Below, piece after piece: positions 39,333-51,960 of a DNA stretch of 52,132 bases (position 1 is the first letter of the stretch; every line of letters starts with the position of its first letter). The stretch is taken from positions 180,459,835 to 180,511,966 of the forward strand of contig NC_068981.1 in assembly GCF_001194135.2 (NCBI RefSeq). Reading direction: 5' to 3'. The notes under the pieces were generated by a model that did not search any database, was not told where the DNA came from, and saw nothing but the letters and a program-made list of their open reading frames with translations. The position numbers and the translations under genes are program-made. The DNA comes from Octopus bimaculoides (lineage: Eukaryota).

Positions 39333-39819
39333 ATATGTTTGCATGTATGGTATATATGTACATAGGTTGCGTTCTTTGGATGTCTTTGAACCACTTTCTT
39401 GTCTGGTAACAAATACATGAAAGTAGCGTTTCGTTCGGCAACGTCCATTCATATTCTTGAAAAATCATAAACATTTTACACTACTTCTGAATTGAGCGGC
39501 TGAAAATCCTACAAAAATCCAAGTATGCTCGTACACAGAGTGATCAAAATAAGATCGATATCGGCAAATCAAAATATGCCGTAGAAAGAAAGAAAAATTT
39601 AAAGAAAACCTCAGATTTGCTTTTTCATTTGATTATACAATTACTATAATTTTGAAAATGAAGCTATTGTAGTTTCATTGTAGTTCTCTTATTATACGTA
39701 CGTACACATCGACTCAATGACATGCACACGTACACATCCAGAAGCAGCAGAAACTAGATAACACTGGAGTGACAGAGAGAAAGAAAGAGAGATAGAGAGG
39801 GGGAGAGAGGAGGAGAAAG

Positions 39820-39990
39820 AAAGAAAGATAGAAAGAAAGAAAGATAGAAAGAAAGAAAGATAGAAAGAAAGAAAGATAGAAAGAAAGAAAGATAGAAAGA
39901 AAGAAAGATAGAAAGAAAGAAAGATAGAAAGAAAGAAAGATAGAAAGAAAGAAAGATAGAAAGAAAGAAAGATAGAAAGAAAGAAAGAAA
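39820..39990. repeat. (AAAGAAAGATAG)n 12-bp tandem repeat forming the GA tract of an array unit
   Basis: Direct reading. Confidence 0.95.
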
Positions 39991-42214
39991 GATTCAGAGA
40001 GAGTGGAAGTCTATAAGACAAAAAAGATAGAAAGAGAGGTTTTTTTTAAGGGAAGTATAATGAAATTGAAGCGTTCCTTGCCTACATAAGAATGTGTAGT
40101 AGAAGTATAATATCTTTATTGTGGGCATGTAGCCCTAACAAAGAATGGACACCACGAGGACAGACAACACAAAACACGGGTTACATATAACGAATGATGA
40201 ATATGACATGAAATATTTACAATGAAAGGATGAAATGGTTTACAAGTCCCCCAAAGCTCGCAGTTTCATTTAACTGTTCCGTTATACAGTTTATTATCAT
40301 TTTTAGAGTTTCTCATTTGTTATCGATTTTGTTAACTCCTCTATTTCGACGACATTGGGCAGACTTTCGTAACGAACACGCGTGCCTACATCCATCACAC
40401 TACCAGGAAACCATTGTATCATTCTTTCCGTCCGTTCCTTGTCCAGTAATACCGCTTTCACATGTATGTTTACGATTCGGCTGTCTAGCCTTAAATACCC
40501 AGAAATTGGCTCATACGCATGTTTTCTACAAGTGGTCACATGACCTGGTCACGTGATGGTTGAGACCTAGTTTTATACGGGCTATCAAATTCCAACACGT
40601 GACAGACCAGCCTAGCGCAGGAAATTATGTCGGCTAGCTGGAGCCTACCAGATGGGATCCCGGCAAAGATGAGAGTTGCTTTGCAGATAGTCTTAACGCG
40701 CTGTTGTATTCCGTTTGGTCAGCACACATCACCCAGTTCCAACTGCATGAGAAACCATATGCATATTTTCTTCAGACAGTATTATTCAAGGTGTACCAAC
40801 GTTTTCTCTACCGATTAATTTAGCGGTTGAATAAAGTGTAGCAGTCAATTGCAACTCGTTTTCTTGTATTTTTTTCCGCTGGTACCTGACTCATTGGAAC
40901 CAAGAAATTGTAATTATACCCGGGCCAGAGTTACTCTAATCAATTCGCTAAAAATGCATGTGTGTATATTTGTTTTCGTTCATGCCAACGTTGACCTGGA
41001 ATGAAGAGAGCAAAATTTCAATGCGTTCCCGTCATGACTATACATACATACATATATACATGTGCATACACAAGCACACATGCATGCTGGCGCACACACA
41101 TGCGTACAAACAGACAAAAGGAACGCAGCTCCAATAACGGACAGAGTCAACATCCATTGACAAAGTTGTAAAAGCAACGAAAATTTTGGAAGAAAAAATA
41201 TAAATAATTAATGGAAATCGAACCATATTAAGACAATATAATTCTCTCTAGATACAACAAAGTTTGCTTCAACACACGAATTCACATAAAAAACCTGGCA
41301 AACCAGTTAAAAAAACGAAGTAAGAAGGAAGTGTTTTCTAAGTAAAGAGCAAATTTCCTCTACTGGAATTTTGCTGATCATTGCTATGAAGGACTCATGC
41401 AGAACTTTAGAAAAAACTATGTTGCACCAATTTTAACTGAAATGTATATCCTCATGTATACTATTTCAAAAGTCTAAGCAAGCTTAACGTTTCATAAATA
41501 CAATATATCCTTTTTAGGGGACAATATTTATTGCATGTGTTTGCAAGTGTGTATATATATAATCTACGTGTGTATATTTTTATTGATTTATATTAATCCT
41601 TCTCCGAATTTAAGCCCGCTTCAAACAGTGTCAAAGCGTTTTTGTTTATTTGTGAAAGGGTGTATAACTATGTATGTCCGAGTTCATGTGTGCATATACG
41701 TGTGAATATGTAGGTATTTATGACTCGTGTGTGTGTTTGTGTGCTTGTTTTTTATGTAAATATGCATGCATGTATATATATACGTATTTGGTTGGACTCA
41801 ATTTACGTGTTTTGGACCGTTTTCATGTCTGGTCACAAACTTATAGAATTCAAATACATCAAAGTAGTATTTTGTTCGACAATGTTCCTTCTGACACTTT
41901 AAAATTCATAATGGTTTCAAACAATATTGTAATTGAATAACGTCAAAATGTATTAAAATCCACATGTGTGGCTACACAGAGAGCGTTCAAAATAGGGTCG
42001 ATATTTATTAGCAAGACAAAATATGCCTACCGAAGAAAAGATTTACGAAAACATCAGGCTGGTTGTTAGCGTGTTGTAGTTATAATAGCGAGGTAGTAGT
42101 CTCGATTCCTTGAACGGATGGTGCGTTGTGTTGTTGAACAAAATATTTCATCTCACGTTATTCTATACTCACTTCGACATTTCACGATTTGATGGAAGCA
42201 GTGGGCTCAATTCT

Positions 42215-42526
42215 GGCACTCCGTCGATTACGATGATGAAGGTTCCGACTGATCCGATCAACGGAATAGCTTGCTCGTCAAATTAAAGTACAACTGGCTA
42301 CGCACTCCAGAAACACGCGTACCCTTAACGCAGTTTTCAAGGAGGTTCAGCGTGGCACAGTATGACAAGGCTAGCCCTTTGAAATACAGGTACTACTCAT
42401 TTTTGTTAGCAGAGTGGATGGGAGCAAAGAGAAATAAAGTGTCTTTCTCAGGGACACAACGCGCCGCCGGGAATCGAACACACGCCCTACGATCGCAAAC
42501 CGAATACCCTAACCACTAAGCCACGC
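42215..42526 (-). mobile_element. SINE with a family 2 tail, degenerate
   Basis: ggcactccgtcg...gatcaacggaa..gc.tgctcgt is the reverse of the 14976 tail. tRNA-like head at the right end. Confidence 0.75.
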
Positions 42527-42815
42527 AGGGAGTGAGCAAATGTACAGTACAAGCATTTGATCACTATAAACAAATCATCTATGCAGCAAAACCCTCGTCT
42601 GTCGTCTGCGACGAAAGAATCCGACAGTTGCTAATATTTTGAGAGTCCACCGGTTACTATAATTTTGAAATCTGAGCTATTGTAGCGTTTCATTGCAATT
42701 CACTTCGTATATATACGCATACATATCGATTCAATCGCATACACACAGGCGCACACGCTGAAGTGAAAGGAAAAGATCAACACTGGAAAGATAAAGAGAA
42801 ATAGACAGACAGACA

Positions 42816-42896
<81 letters not shown>

Positions 42897-44903
42897 AAAT
42901 TGATTCAGATTCAAAGAGTGGGTAAGTCAGCGAGACAACGATAGATAGAGGTAGAAGGAGAGAAGTATAATGAAACTGAAGCGTTTCTTACGTGCGTAAG
43001 GATGCGTAACTCGACCTCGGATGAACAGGCCAAAGGTTAAATGCACCCCGACCGTGACATCCATGGATGTTTCTTTGAAGCATTTATTATCCAATGTGTC
43101 CTTTTTTTAGATGGTAATGTGTGATATACGGAAATTTGGTTTACTATGTCTATTTTGTCGACTAACCATATAGAAAGAAGGCTTCTCTTTGGGTCTTAGC
43201 ACACGCAAGAAATACTTCAATCTGATACATCTCTGTCTCACACTCAATCGCTCTACCTTTCTCTTTCTCCCTCTTTCTATCTCCTGCTCCCTCTTTCTCT
43301 CTCTTTCTCTCCCTCTCTCTGCTAATATATGCATGTATGTATGTATGTATAGATAGATACATACATACATACATACATACATACATACATACACATATAT
43401 TGAAGTGTTGTCCTTTATGAATGACAATGACTCTGCGTCTAAGAATGTGAGTGGATGCATGCGTGTGTGCGCGCGCGTGGAGAATCAAATGTTTACCTAT
43501 CAAACAGCCATTGGAATAGTTCAATAGTTCAATGCTATACTGATTATGGACAAAGCTATTTATAAATCGAAGTATTTAAGGTGAGATGACAGCAAAATCG
43601 TCGCGCATATTTTACAAGGAAAATCAGTTCTTGGACCCGATTTTTGATGTCTTTTGAACATATGTGACCACCAAAACCATCGGCAATTACTCGTTCGTAA
43701 CCCTAGCTCGAAGTGTATCGGGGATATTGGTAAAAATATACCGGAAAGTTACCCGTATCAGACTAACATGTGAACCTGTTGCACACATCTATATATATGC
43801 AACAGACAACATAATTAAACAGAATGAATTAACTATTATACCCGTCTCACTTTGACGCTAAAATGTATACATCATATGGTTTTGATGTGTCATGAATACA
43901 TTTATCAAAACCGTCAAAATTAGGTCGTTCTTTAGGTAAACGATACTTTCAAAGTAATACTAACATATTAACCCGCAAAATGTTTCCGACATCAATCAAC
44001 GATGAGATTGACCTAATGAGCGCAGTTGGTTAACAAAGACGATACAGACTAACTCTATAACTCTACATCTAATGCTAAAACATACAAATATGTTCATGAT
44101 TCTAGATAAGAGTATGTGCAGTTGTTCCTCTGTGTATGTGTGTGTGTGTGTTTGTTCGTGTGTGTGTTTGTTCGTGTGTGGAGCGATGTCTATGCGTGTG
44201 TGTGTAGAATCAAATGTTTATCTGTCATACAGTGATGGGAATATTTCAGGGCTATAAATTCGATGTCTTTTGAAAGATCGATGATTTGAAGACGATAGTA
44301 AAATCGCGCCGCGTATTTAAAAGGGAAATTTGTCTATTATGACGTCATAACGGAAATATAACGAAATTTTCAAACGAAATATTTAAAGCAAAATATTAAC
44401 CAAATATGTTACCTGTCTTTAATATTCTATATAGAAAAACTATGGCTGAACATACGACATACAAAAATATTTTTCATATTCTACAAAATGTTTTCATTCC
44501 TGGAATCATATAAACTTACTGCAATCCTTAGTTATTTACAAAACAAAACTACTATTAACTACTACTAACAATAATGATTAAGTAGTCCATTATTCACTCA
44601 CACGTTACTTCTCACCATTTATAATTCATAATGGCTTGACACAGCATTTTAACTGATCTGCTCAAAAATGTTCTAAGATTCAAGTGTGAGGGTACACATG
44701 GACGGAGCAAAATATAGCCAATATGGGAAAATCAGACCAGTCTACTTCTAAAAAAATTGCGTGAGAACCTAAGATTTATTTTTTTAAGTGAGTCTACAGT
44801 TACTATAATTTTGAAAGAGAAGCTATTGCAGCATTTCATTGTAGTTCGCTTGGTGTCCTTAATGGTCAGTGACGCTCATTCCTCGTTCACGAGTGAACAG
44901 TCA

Positions 44904-44963
<60 letters not shown>

Positions 44964-45748
44964 ATACATCCCCACATGCGTGTATATACGCATTTAACTA
45001 GATTCATTTCATGTGTCTGGACCGTTCTCTTGTCTTGTAACAGACATATAGAGATCAAATGTATAAAAAAAAAGTAACGTTTCGTCTGACAATGTTCCTT
45101 CTCACCATTTATAATTCATAAAGATTTTACGCAAGATTTTAATTGATTTGCTCATAAATGTACCAAAATCCACATGTCTCTGTCTTCGCAGAAAATATTT
45201 GAGGAAACTGCAGACTTGTGATTATACGGTTGCTATGAATTTGGAAGAGACACTGTTGTCACATTTCACAGTAATTCCTTTTATACATATAAATATTCAT
45301 CGACTTAATGACATACACACACATGCATACGCAAAAGTAACAGAGATACAGAATATACGAAAAGAGATAAGAGAGATATAGAGAGGGTGAATTAGAAAAT
45401 GAGAAAGATTCAGAGAGATTTGAAGAACAATAAGATAGGCAGAGAGAGAGAGAGAGAGAGAGAAAGAGAAGTTTAATGAAATTTAAGTATTTCTAACGTA
45501 TAATCGAACGCTTAATCATATATTTGTTATTGTTCACCCCAAAGTCGAGCCTGGATGAACATAACGAAGTTTTAAATCATTCAGACTATCCAAGGATGTT
45601 TTTGTTTTTTACAGAATAGTCTTTATTATCCAACACGTACCACGTTTGTCAGGTGGTAAGGCGTGATGTGTATTTGGATGTTTTTCTACTACATCGATCG
45701 GACATCCACAAGTTTCTTTTTAGGTTTTCCGAGCGCAAGAAACGCACC

Positions 45749-45790
<42 letters not shown>

Positions 45791-46564
45791 TCTCCCTCTC
45801 TCCCTCCCTCTCTCTCTCTCCCTCTCTCTCTCCCTCTCCCTCTCTCCCTCTCTCTCTCTCCCTCTCTATCTCTCTCTCCCTCTCTCTCTCTCCCTCTCTC
45901 TCCCCCCTCTCTCTCTCTCTCCTTCTTTATGTTGACCTTTTTCTGCGCAGTTCATCTAGGAACCTCTTTACTGAAGAAAAGAAAAACTTATCTAAACTAA
46001 TCCCCTACAATTAAAATTTAGAAATTTTAACTAATACATCAGTCGCATTTTGAAGAGGTAATTCATGTTTTTCCTTCGGAGTTTTGATTGTGTTTTTAAC
46101 GAATGTGACCATCAAAACAGTCGGAAATTATTCGTTCGTAACTCGAAGTGCGAATGTGACAGGTGTATTGGTAAAAATATACCGGGTAATTACCCATATC
46201 AGGTTAGACCCTGAACATGCTGCACGCGTCCATATATATGCTACAGGGAACAGAATTAAACAGAATGAATTTGCTGTTGTACCCGTCTCACTTTCATGCT
46301 AAAATCTATAAATCTTATGATCTTGATTGCATCTAGCTATCAAAATCGTCAAAAGAAAACTCATTCCCAAGGTAAACTATACTTTCAAAGTAACACGGGT
46401 GTAATACTAAAAAATTAACATTATAAAATGTTTCCAATATCAATGAACGATGAGATCGACCTCAAAGATGAAGTTTGTTAACAAGGACAATACATTCTGA
46501 TTCTATATCTAATGCTAAAACATATAAATATGTATATTGATTCTAAATCTAAGAATATGGTGAG

Positions 46565-46868
46565 GACGAGACGCCCTCGGTCATAAATGACCATGGAATT
46601 GTACCTAGGAAGTTCCCCTCCAAAGCACAAGTCTGGGCAAGGTTGTTTATAAAAGACCAGCAGTCGCCAGTGCATACTAGCCTCCCTTCTCCACGCCACC
46701 ACTGTTATCCAAAGGAAAGGCAACTCATTTCTACAGCTGAGTGAACTGGAGCAATGTGAAATAAAGTATATTGCTCAAGAACACAACACACAGCCTGATC
46801 TGGGAATCGAACTTACAACCTCATGACTGTGAGCCCGACGTCCTAACCACTGAGCCATGCACCTTCAC
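46565..46868 (-). mobile_element. SINE family 3
   Basis: gggaatcgaac B box and cctaaccactgagcc A box. Homologous to 13715-14018. Confidence 0.75.
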
Positions 46869-47043
46869 ACAAGGGAGGGAAAGTTTATAGGTGTGTAAAT
46901 CAAATGCTTACCTGACATACAGCCGTTTGGATATTTCAATGCTACACCTATAAACAAAGCTCTTTACTGAAGTATTGAAGAAATTAAGACGACGGGGAAA
47001 TCAATCTCTTATGACGTCATAATAGCACAAAATAATTGTTCGG

Positions 47044-47076
47044 CTGATGAGGGGAAATAACCCGGAAATCGCGATA
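47044..47076 (+). ncRNA. Degenerate minimal hammerhead-like motif, probably Penelope-derived
   Basis: CUGAUGA-gggg aaauaa cccg-GAAA-U-CGCG-A-UA. Stem II has one mismatch and stem I is poorly paired. Confidence 0.3.
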
Positions 47077-48712
47077 CGCAGATATTGGTGTGAGCTGAGT
47101 GGGGGTGCTAGATTCCCTTGTTCGAAAATGTAAGGACACAGATCGTGTCGTATAGCCAGCTGGAGACGATGTCTCCTGGGGCTAAATTGCAGCAACATTC
47201 GTCCTAGACCGGGACTGCCATGTTATATTGGCAAACAATCTTTACTACAAAGTACTGTTGCTGAATATCTCACGTTGTGAGATTTAAAAATAGTAATTTT
47301 CTAAGTGCATACATGTTCGCAACATGAAACTTGACCCACTGCTCATTCTATTCGGATTGAGAAAAAACACATATACTGATGGCATCTTTGACTTGCTAAT
47401 ATTATTAGCAAAATTTTTTTATATACAAAAGCAAAGTGGCAAAAGACACTCTCAACTTCAAACATTTTAGAAACTTTGTGCACGACAGATATCTAATTGA
47501 AAAAAACATCATACAATGAAAAAAAGCAAGATGAATTTTGTGAAAAAAAAAAATGGAGGCTCTACCTTGAGTTTGTAAACACATGGTAGTCCTCTAGTGT
47601 TCTTGTAGAGATGTATTAAGATTTTATGAGTGATTGACGATTTGAGTCTGTTTTATTTTCTGTTTTAGTCTGTTTTATATTCTTCTATTTATTTTTTATT
47701 CATCCGGTTCTCTCTCTTCTTTTTATTTGTTTCTTCTTTTATTTATTAGTATTTTTTCATTCTTTCTCTTTTTCTTTCTCTTAAAAAAAAGTCCTGTTCT
47801 CCATTTGTTTTATACAAAACTTCACGGTCCCCTGGCCGTACTGTTTCATATTATAATAGGGAAAACTGGATATAAAAAGTTAATATTGTAGAGACTTTCT
47901 TCACTCTCTCAACCTCTCTCTTTCTCATCTTTCTCTCTCTCCTCTTCCTCTTTATCTCTCTCTCTTCTTCTTCTTCTTCTTCTTCTTCTTCTTCTTCTTC
48001 TTCTTCTTCTTCTTCTTCTTCTCTCTCACTCTCTCCCTCACTCTGCTGCTGTTGTGGCTTTGAATACAAGTCAACTTTACGCNNNNNNNNNNNNNNNNNN
48101 NNNNNNNNNNNNNNNNNNNNNNNNNNNNNNNNNNNNNNNNNNNNNNNNNNNNNNNNNNNNNNNNNNNNNNNNNNNNNNNNNNNNNNNNNNNNNNNNNNNN
48201 NNNNNNNNNNNNNNNNNNNNNNNNNNNNNNNNNNNNNNNNNNNNNNNNNNNNNNNNNNNNNNNNNNNNNNNNNNNNNNNNNNNNNNNNNNNNNNNNNNNN
48301 NNNNNNNNNNNNNNNNNNNNNNNNNNNNNNNNNNNNNNNNNNNNNNNNNNNNNNNNNNNNNNNNNNNNNNNNNNNNNNNNNNNNNNNNNNNNNNNNNNNN
48401 NNNNNNNNNNNNNNNNNNNNNNNNNNNNNNNNNNNNNNNNNNNNNNNNNNNNNNNNNNNNNNNNNNNNNNNNNNNNNNNNNNNNNNNNNNNNNNNNNNNN
48501 NNNNNNNNNNNNNNNNNNNNNNNNNNNNNNNNNNNNNNNNNNNNNNNNNNNNNNNNNNNNNNNNNNNNNNNNNNNNNNNNNNNNNNNNNNNNNNNNNNNN
48601 NNNNNNNNNNNNNNNNNNNNNNNNNNNNNNNNNNNNNNNNNNNNNNNNNNNNNNNNNNNNNNNNNNNNNNNNNNNNNNNNNNNNNNNNNNNNNNNNNNNN
48701 NNNNNNNNNNNN

Positions 48713-48791
<79 letters not shown>

Positions 48792-49070
48792 TATGCATAT
48801 ATATATATATAAATATATACAAATATATATATATACATATATATAAATATATACGTATATGCATATATATATGCATGTATATATATATCTATATATATAT
48901 ATATACACATGTGTGTGTACTTGTACAGACACGCGCGCATACACATACACATGCACGTTTATCAATATAAACATTTACACCTGATCTATACGCATGGTGT
49001 TTGAACGTGTGACCGTTTATTTGTGTACCTGCATGAATATGAGTGTGAGTGTGTGTGAGTGAGAGAGAGA

Positions 49071-49113
<43 letters not shown>

Positions 49114-50043
49114 TCTGCACGCGCATATGCATAGAAATCTGTGTGCGTGCGTGCGTGCGTGCGTGCATACGTGCGTGCTTGATTGTGTGCATGTGTACTT
49201 NNNNNNNNNNNNNNNNNNNNNNNNNNNNNNNNNNNNNNNNNNNNNNNNNNNNNNNNNNNNNNNNNNNNNNNNNNNNNNNNNNNNNNNNNNNNNNNNNNNN
49301 NNNNNNNNNNNNNNNNNNNNNNNNNNNNNNNNNNNNNNNNNNNNNNNNNNNNNNNNNNNNNNNNNNNNNNNNNNNNNNNNNNNNNNNNNNNNNNNNNNNN
49401 NNNNNNNNNNNNNNNNNNNNNNNNNNNNNNNNNNNNNNNNNNNNNNNNNNNNNNNNNNNNNNNNNNNNNNNNNNNNNNNNNNNNNNNNNNNNNNNNNNNN
49501 NNNNNNNNNNNNNNNNNNNNNNNNNNNNNNNNNNNNNNNNNNNNNNNNNNNNNNNNNNNNNNNNNNNNNNNNNNNNNNNNNNNNNNNNNNNNNNNNNNNN
49601 NNNNNNNNNNNNNNNNNNNNNNNNNNNNNNNNNNNNNNNNNNNNNNNNNNNNNNNNNNNNNNNNNNNNNNNNNNNNNNNNNNNNNNNNNNNNNNNNNNNN
49701 NNNNNNNNNNNNNNNNNNNNNNNNNNNNNNNNNNNNNNNNNNNNNNNNNNNNNNNNNNNNNNNNNNNNNNNNNNNNNNNNNNNNNNNNNNNNNNNNNNNN
49801 NNNNNNNNNNNNNNNNNNNNNNNNNNNNNNNNNNNNNNNNNNNNNNNNNNNNNNNNNNNNNNNNNNNNNNNNNNNNNNNNNNNNNNNNNNNNNNNNNNNN
49901 NNNNNNNNNNNNNNNNNNNNNNNNNNNNNNNNNNNNNNNNNNNNNNNNNNNNNNNNNNNNNNNNNNNNNNNNNNNNNNNNNNNNNNNNNNNNNNNNNNNN
50001 NNNNNNNNNNNNNNNNNNNNNNNNNNNNNNNNNNNNNNNNNNN

Positions 50044-50104
<61 letters not shown>

Positions 50105-50571
50105 CATACATACATACATACATACATACATACATACACACGGCACACATATGCATACATTTCTGTGTCTATTTAGTCATCAGTTTATTTATCTATCCTT
50201 TTATCTCGCTACTTGACTGCCTCTACGTTTCTTTTCTTTATTCCTGTTTTTTCTTTCTTCATTTCATTTTTACATTATATTTCACTCTTTGTCCCTCCTT
50301 ACTGCATCTAAAATAACTTCCATTCGTATATATTCATAGGTCTTTATTTTTGCCTATCTGACTCCCACCTTCACTCTGTCTCTTTGCTTTTCTGCCCTCT
50401 CTTTCCCTCACCCTCTCTCTCCTACTCTCTCTTTCTCTCACTCCTCCCCATTTCTCTGTCTTTCCTTCTTAGACATTCACTGCACTTTCTCCAGTCTTTG
50501 TTCCTTCTTCATTTTTTCTGTTTATGTTTGTCTATGATTCTTTTACCTTTATGGCAATTACTATGCAACTT

Positions 50572-50608
<37 letters not shown>

Positions 50609-51442
50609 ACACACACACACATACGCACGTGCACACATAAATTCGACGCGGGCGATTCTTTCTTGTCTTGGAATTCACGGTCAAACGGCTGCGTGGAATT
50701 GCGCGAAAAATTATACAGATGTGTAGAATGATCCGCTGGTGTTGCTGGGCTTTGTATTTTTTTTCAAAGCTCCCATGATTACCGAGATAATCTACTATAA
50801 TAATACTCTTGTGTTTATGAATGAGAAAGGAAGGGGTGATGTCATACTTGGTAGTGGGATGATGAAAATTCTACGCTGAAAAAAGTAAATCAAACAGCGT
50901 TTCAACTCTGTGTCAATATATGTGTGTGTANNNNNNNNNNNNNNNNNNNNNNNNNNNNNNNNNNNNNNNNNNNNNNNNNNNNNNNNNNNNNNNNNNNNNN
51001 NNNNNNNNNNNNNNNNNNNNNNNNNNNNNNNNNNNNNNNNNNNNNNNNNNNNNNNNNNNNNNNNNNNNNNNNNNNNNNNNNNNNNNNNNNNNNNNNNNNN
51101 NNNNNNNNNNNNNNNNNNNNNNNNNNNNNNNNNNNNNNNNNNNNNNNNNNNNNNNNNNNNNNNNNNNNNNNNNNNNNNNNNNNNNNNNNNNNNNNNNNNN
51201 NNNNNNNNNNNNNNNNNNNNNNNNNNNNNNNNNNNNNNNNNNNNNNNNNNNNNNNNNNNNNNNNNNNNNNNNNNNNNNNNNNNNNNNNNNNNNNNNNNNN
51301 NNNNNNNNNNNNNNNNNNNNNNNNNNNNNNNNNNNNNNNNNNNNNNNNNNNNNNNNNNNNNNNNNNNNNNNNNNNNNNNNNNNNNNNNNNNNNNNNNNNN
51401 NNNNNNNNNNNNNNNNNNNNNNNNNNNNNNNNNNNNNNNNNN

Positions 51443-51960
51443 ATAAGGTTCTGGGAAGCACATGTGAAGTTGGTCTTAATTGAGAATTTTTCTCCTTGCT
51501 GGAATGTGAATTCCAAGCCTTCAGTTAGGTATGGGAATGTACCACAATTAGGTCGTCTGCATTTTTTAACTGTTGGTATCGTATGTATTGAGTATGGTTT
51601 TGCATTTGTTAGGAGTCTCTTGAGTGATTTGTGTTGTCTTTTGCATTTGAGGAGTTTATGTGTATTTAGGATGTTGTTCATGTTCGGGTCTTGAGTGAAC
51701 AGAGGGAGATTTTGTATAATTGTGTTGTATGCTTCATTGTTTCTGGGGTTGTGGGTAGATATGTATGGGAGTGATTTAAAGTGAGATATGGTGTTTTGTT
51801 TTGCTGTCCATAGTGTATTTGTGTCCAATTACTTGGCACGTTCAATTCCATGGTCTATAAGTGCTGGTGGGTATTGACGTTCAATGAGTGACATTTTGAG
51901 GTCTTGTAGGCGAGGTTCCCGAGTGGTTGTGTCAGATACAATTGTATAAGATCCTTTTAG
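51443..51960 (-). pseudogene. Penelope-like element, RT-to-GIY-YIG linker region running into a gap
   Basis: LPYISTHNPRN...KCKRQHKSLKRLLT...KKCRRPNCGTFPYL..G..F.F..G..F.IKTNFTCASQNL is the Cys-rich linker that precedes GIY-YIG in PLEs. Confidence 0.8.

Larger units (their letters stand above)
19740..47025. repeat. Degenerate local array of a modular non-coding unit: about 7 forward copies (19.7-34.8 kb) and about 5 inverted copies (35.6-47.0 kb)
   Basis: Colinear recurring blocks. A (ttgcagtaa...tatgacgtaat) at 20800, 22487, 23932, 25445, 28110, 34465, reversed at 37900 and 44500. B (CRE palindrome plus atttccc). C (gcattgaaatattcca). The inverted-repeat cassette. G (attacaatgaaacgctacaatagc...aaaattatagtaac) at 21770, 23130, 25245, 27362, 31805, reversed at 39640, 42655, 44795. 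Confidence 0.85.

Noticed and set aside
43664-46302. Paired ORFs in block H (43664-43855 and 46084-46302) of equal aligned length with compensating 6-nt indels
   Set aside because: By my manual count substitutions are spread over all three codon positions with no third-position excess, and the antisense frame has stops. Only two copies exist. A formal dN/dS test or ribosome profiling could overturn this.
19740-47025. CRISPR-like or integron-like reading of the recurring 25-28 bp motif
   Set aside because: The context is eukaryotic. The motifs occur as inverted pairs around homologous interiors rather than as direct repeats with unique spacers, and no cas or integrase gene is present.
50620-50731. 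KFDAGDSFLSWNSRSNG resembling a mariner N-terminal motif
   Set aside because: The similarity is too weak and short, with no TIR or further motifs nearby.
3158-51694. Long ORFs in the supplied track containing X runs or HT/CV/YI/LS dipeptide repeats
   Set aside because: They are artefacts of N-gaps and of (CA)n, (TA)n and (GA)n microsatellites.
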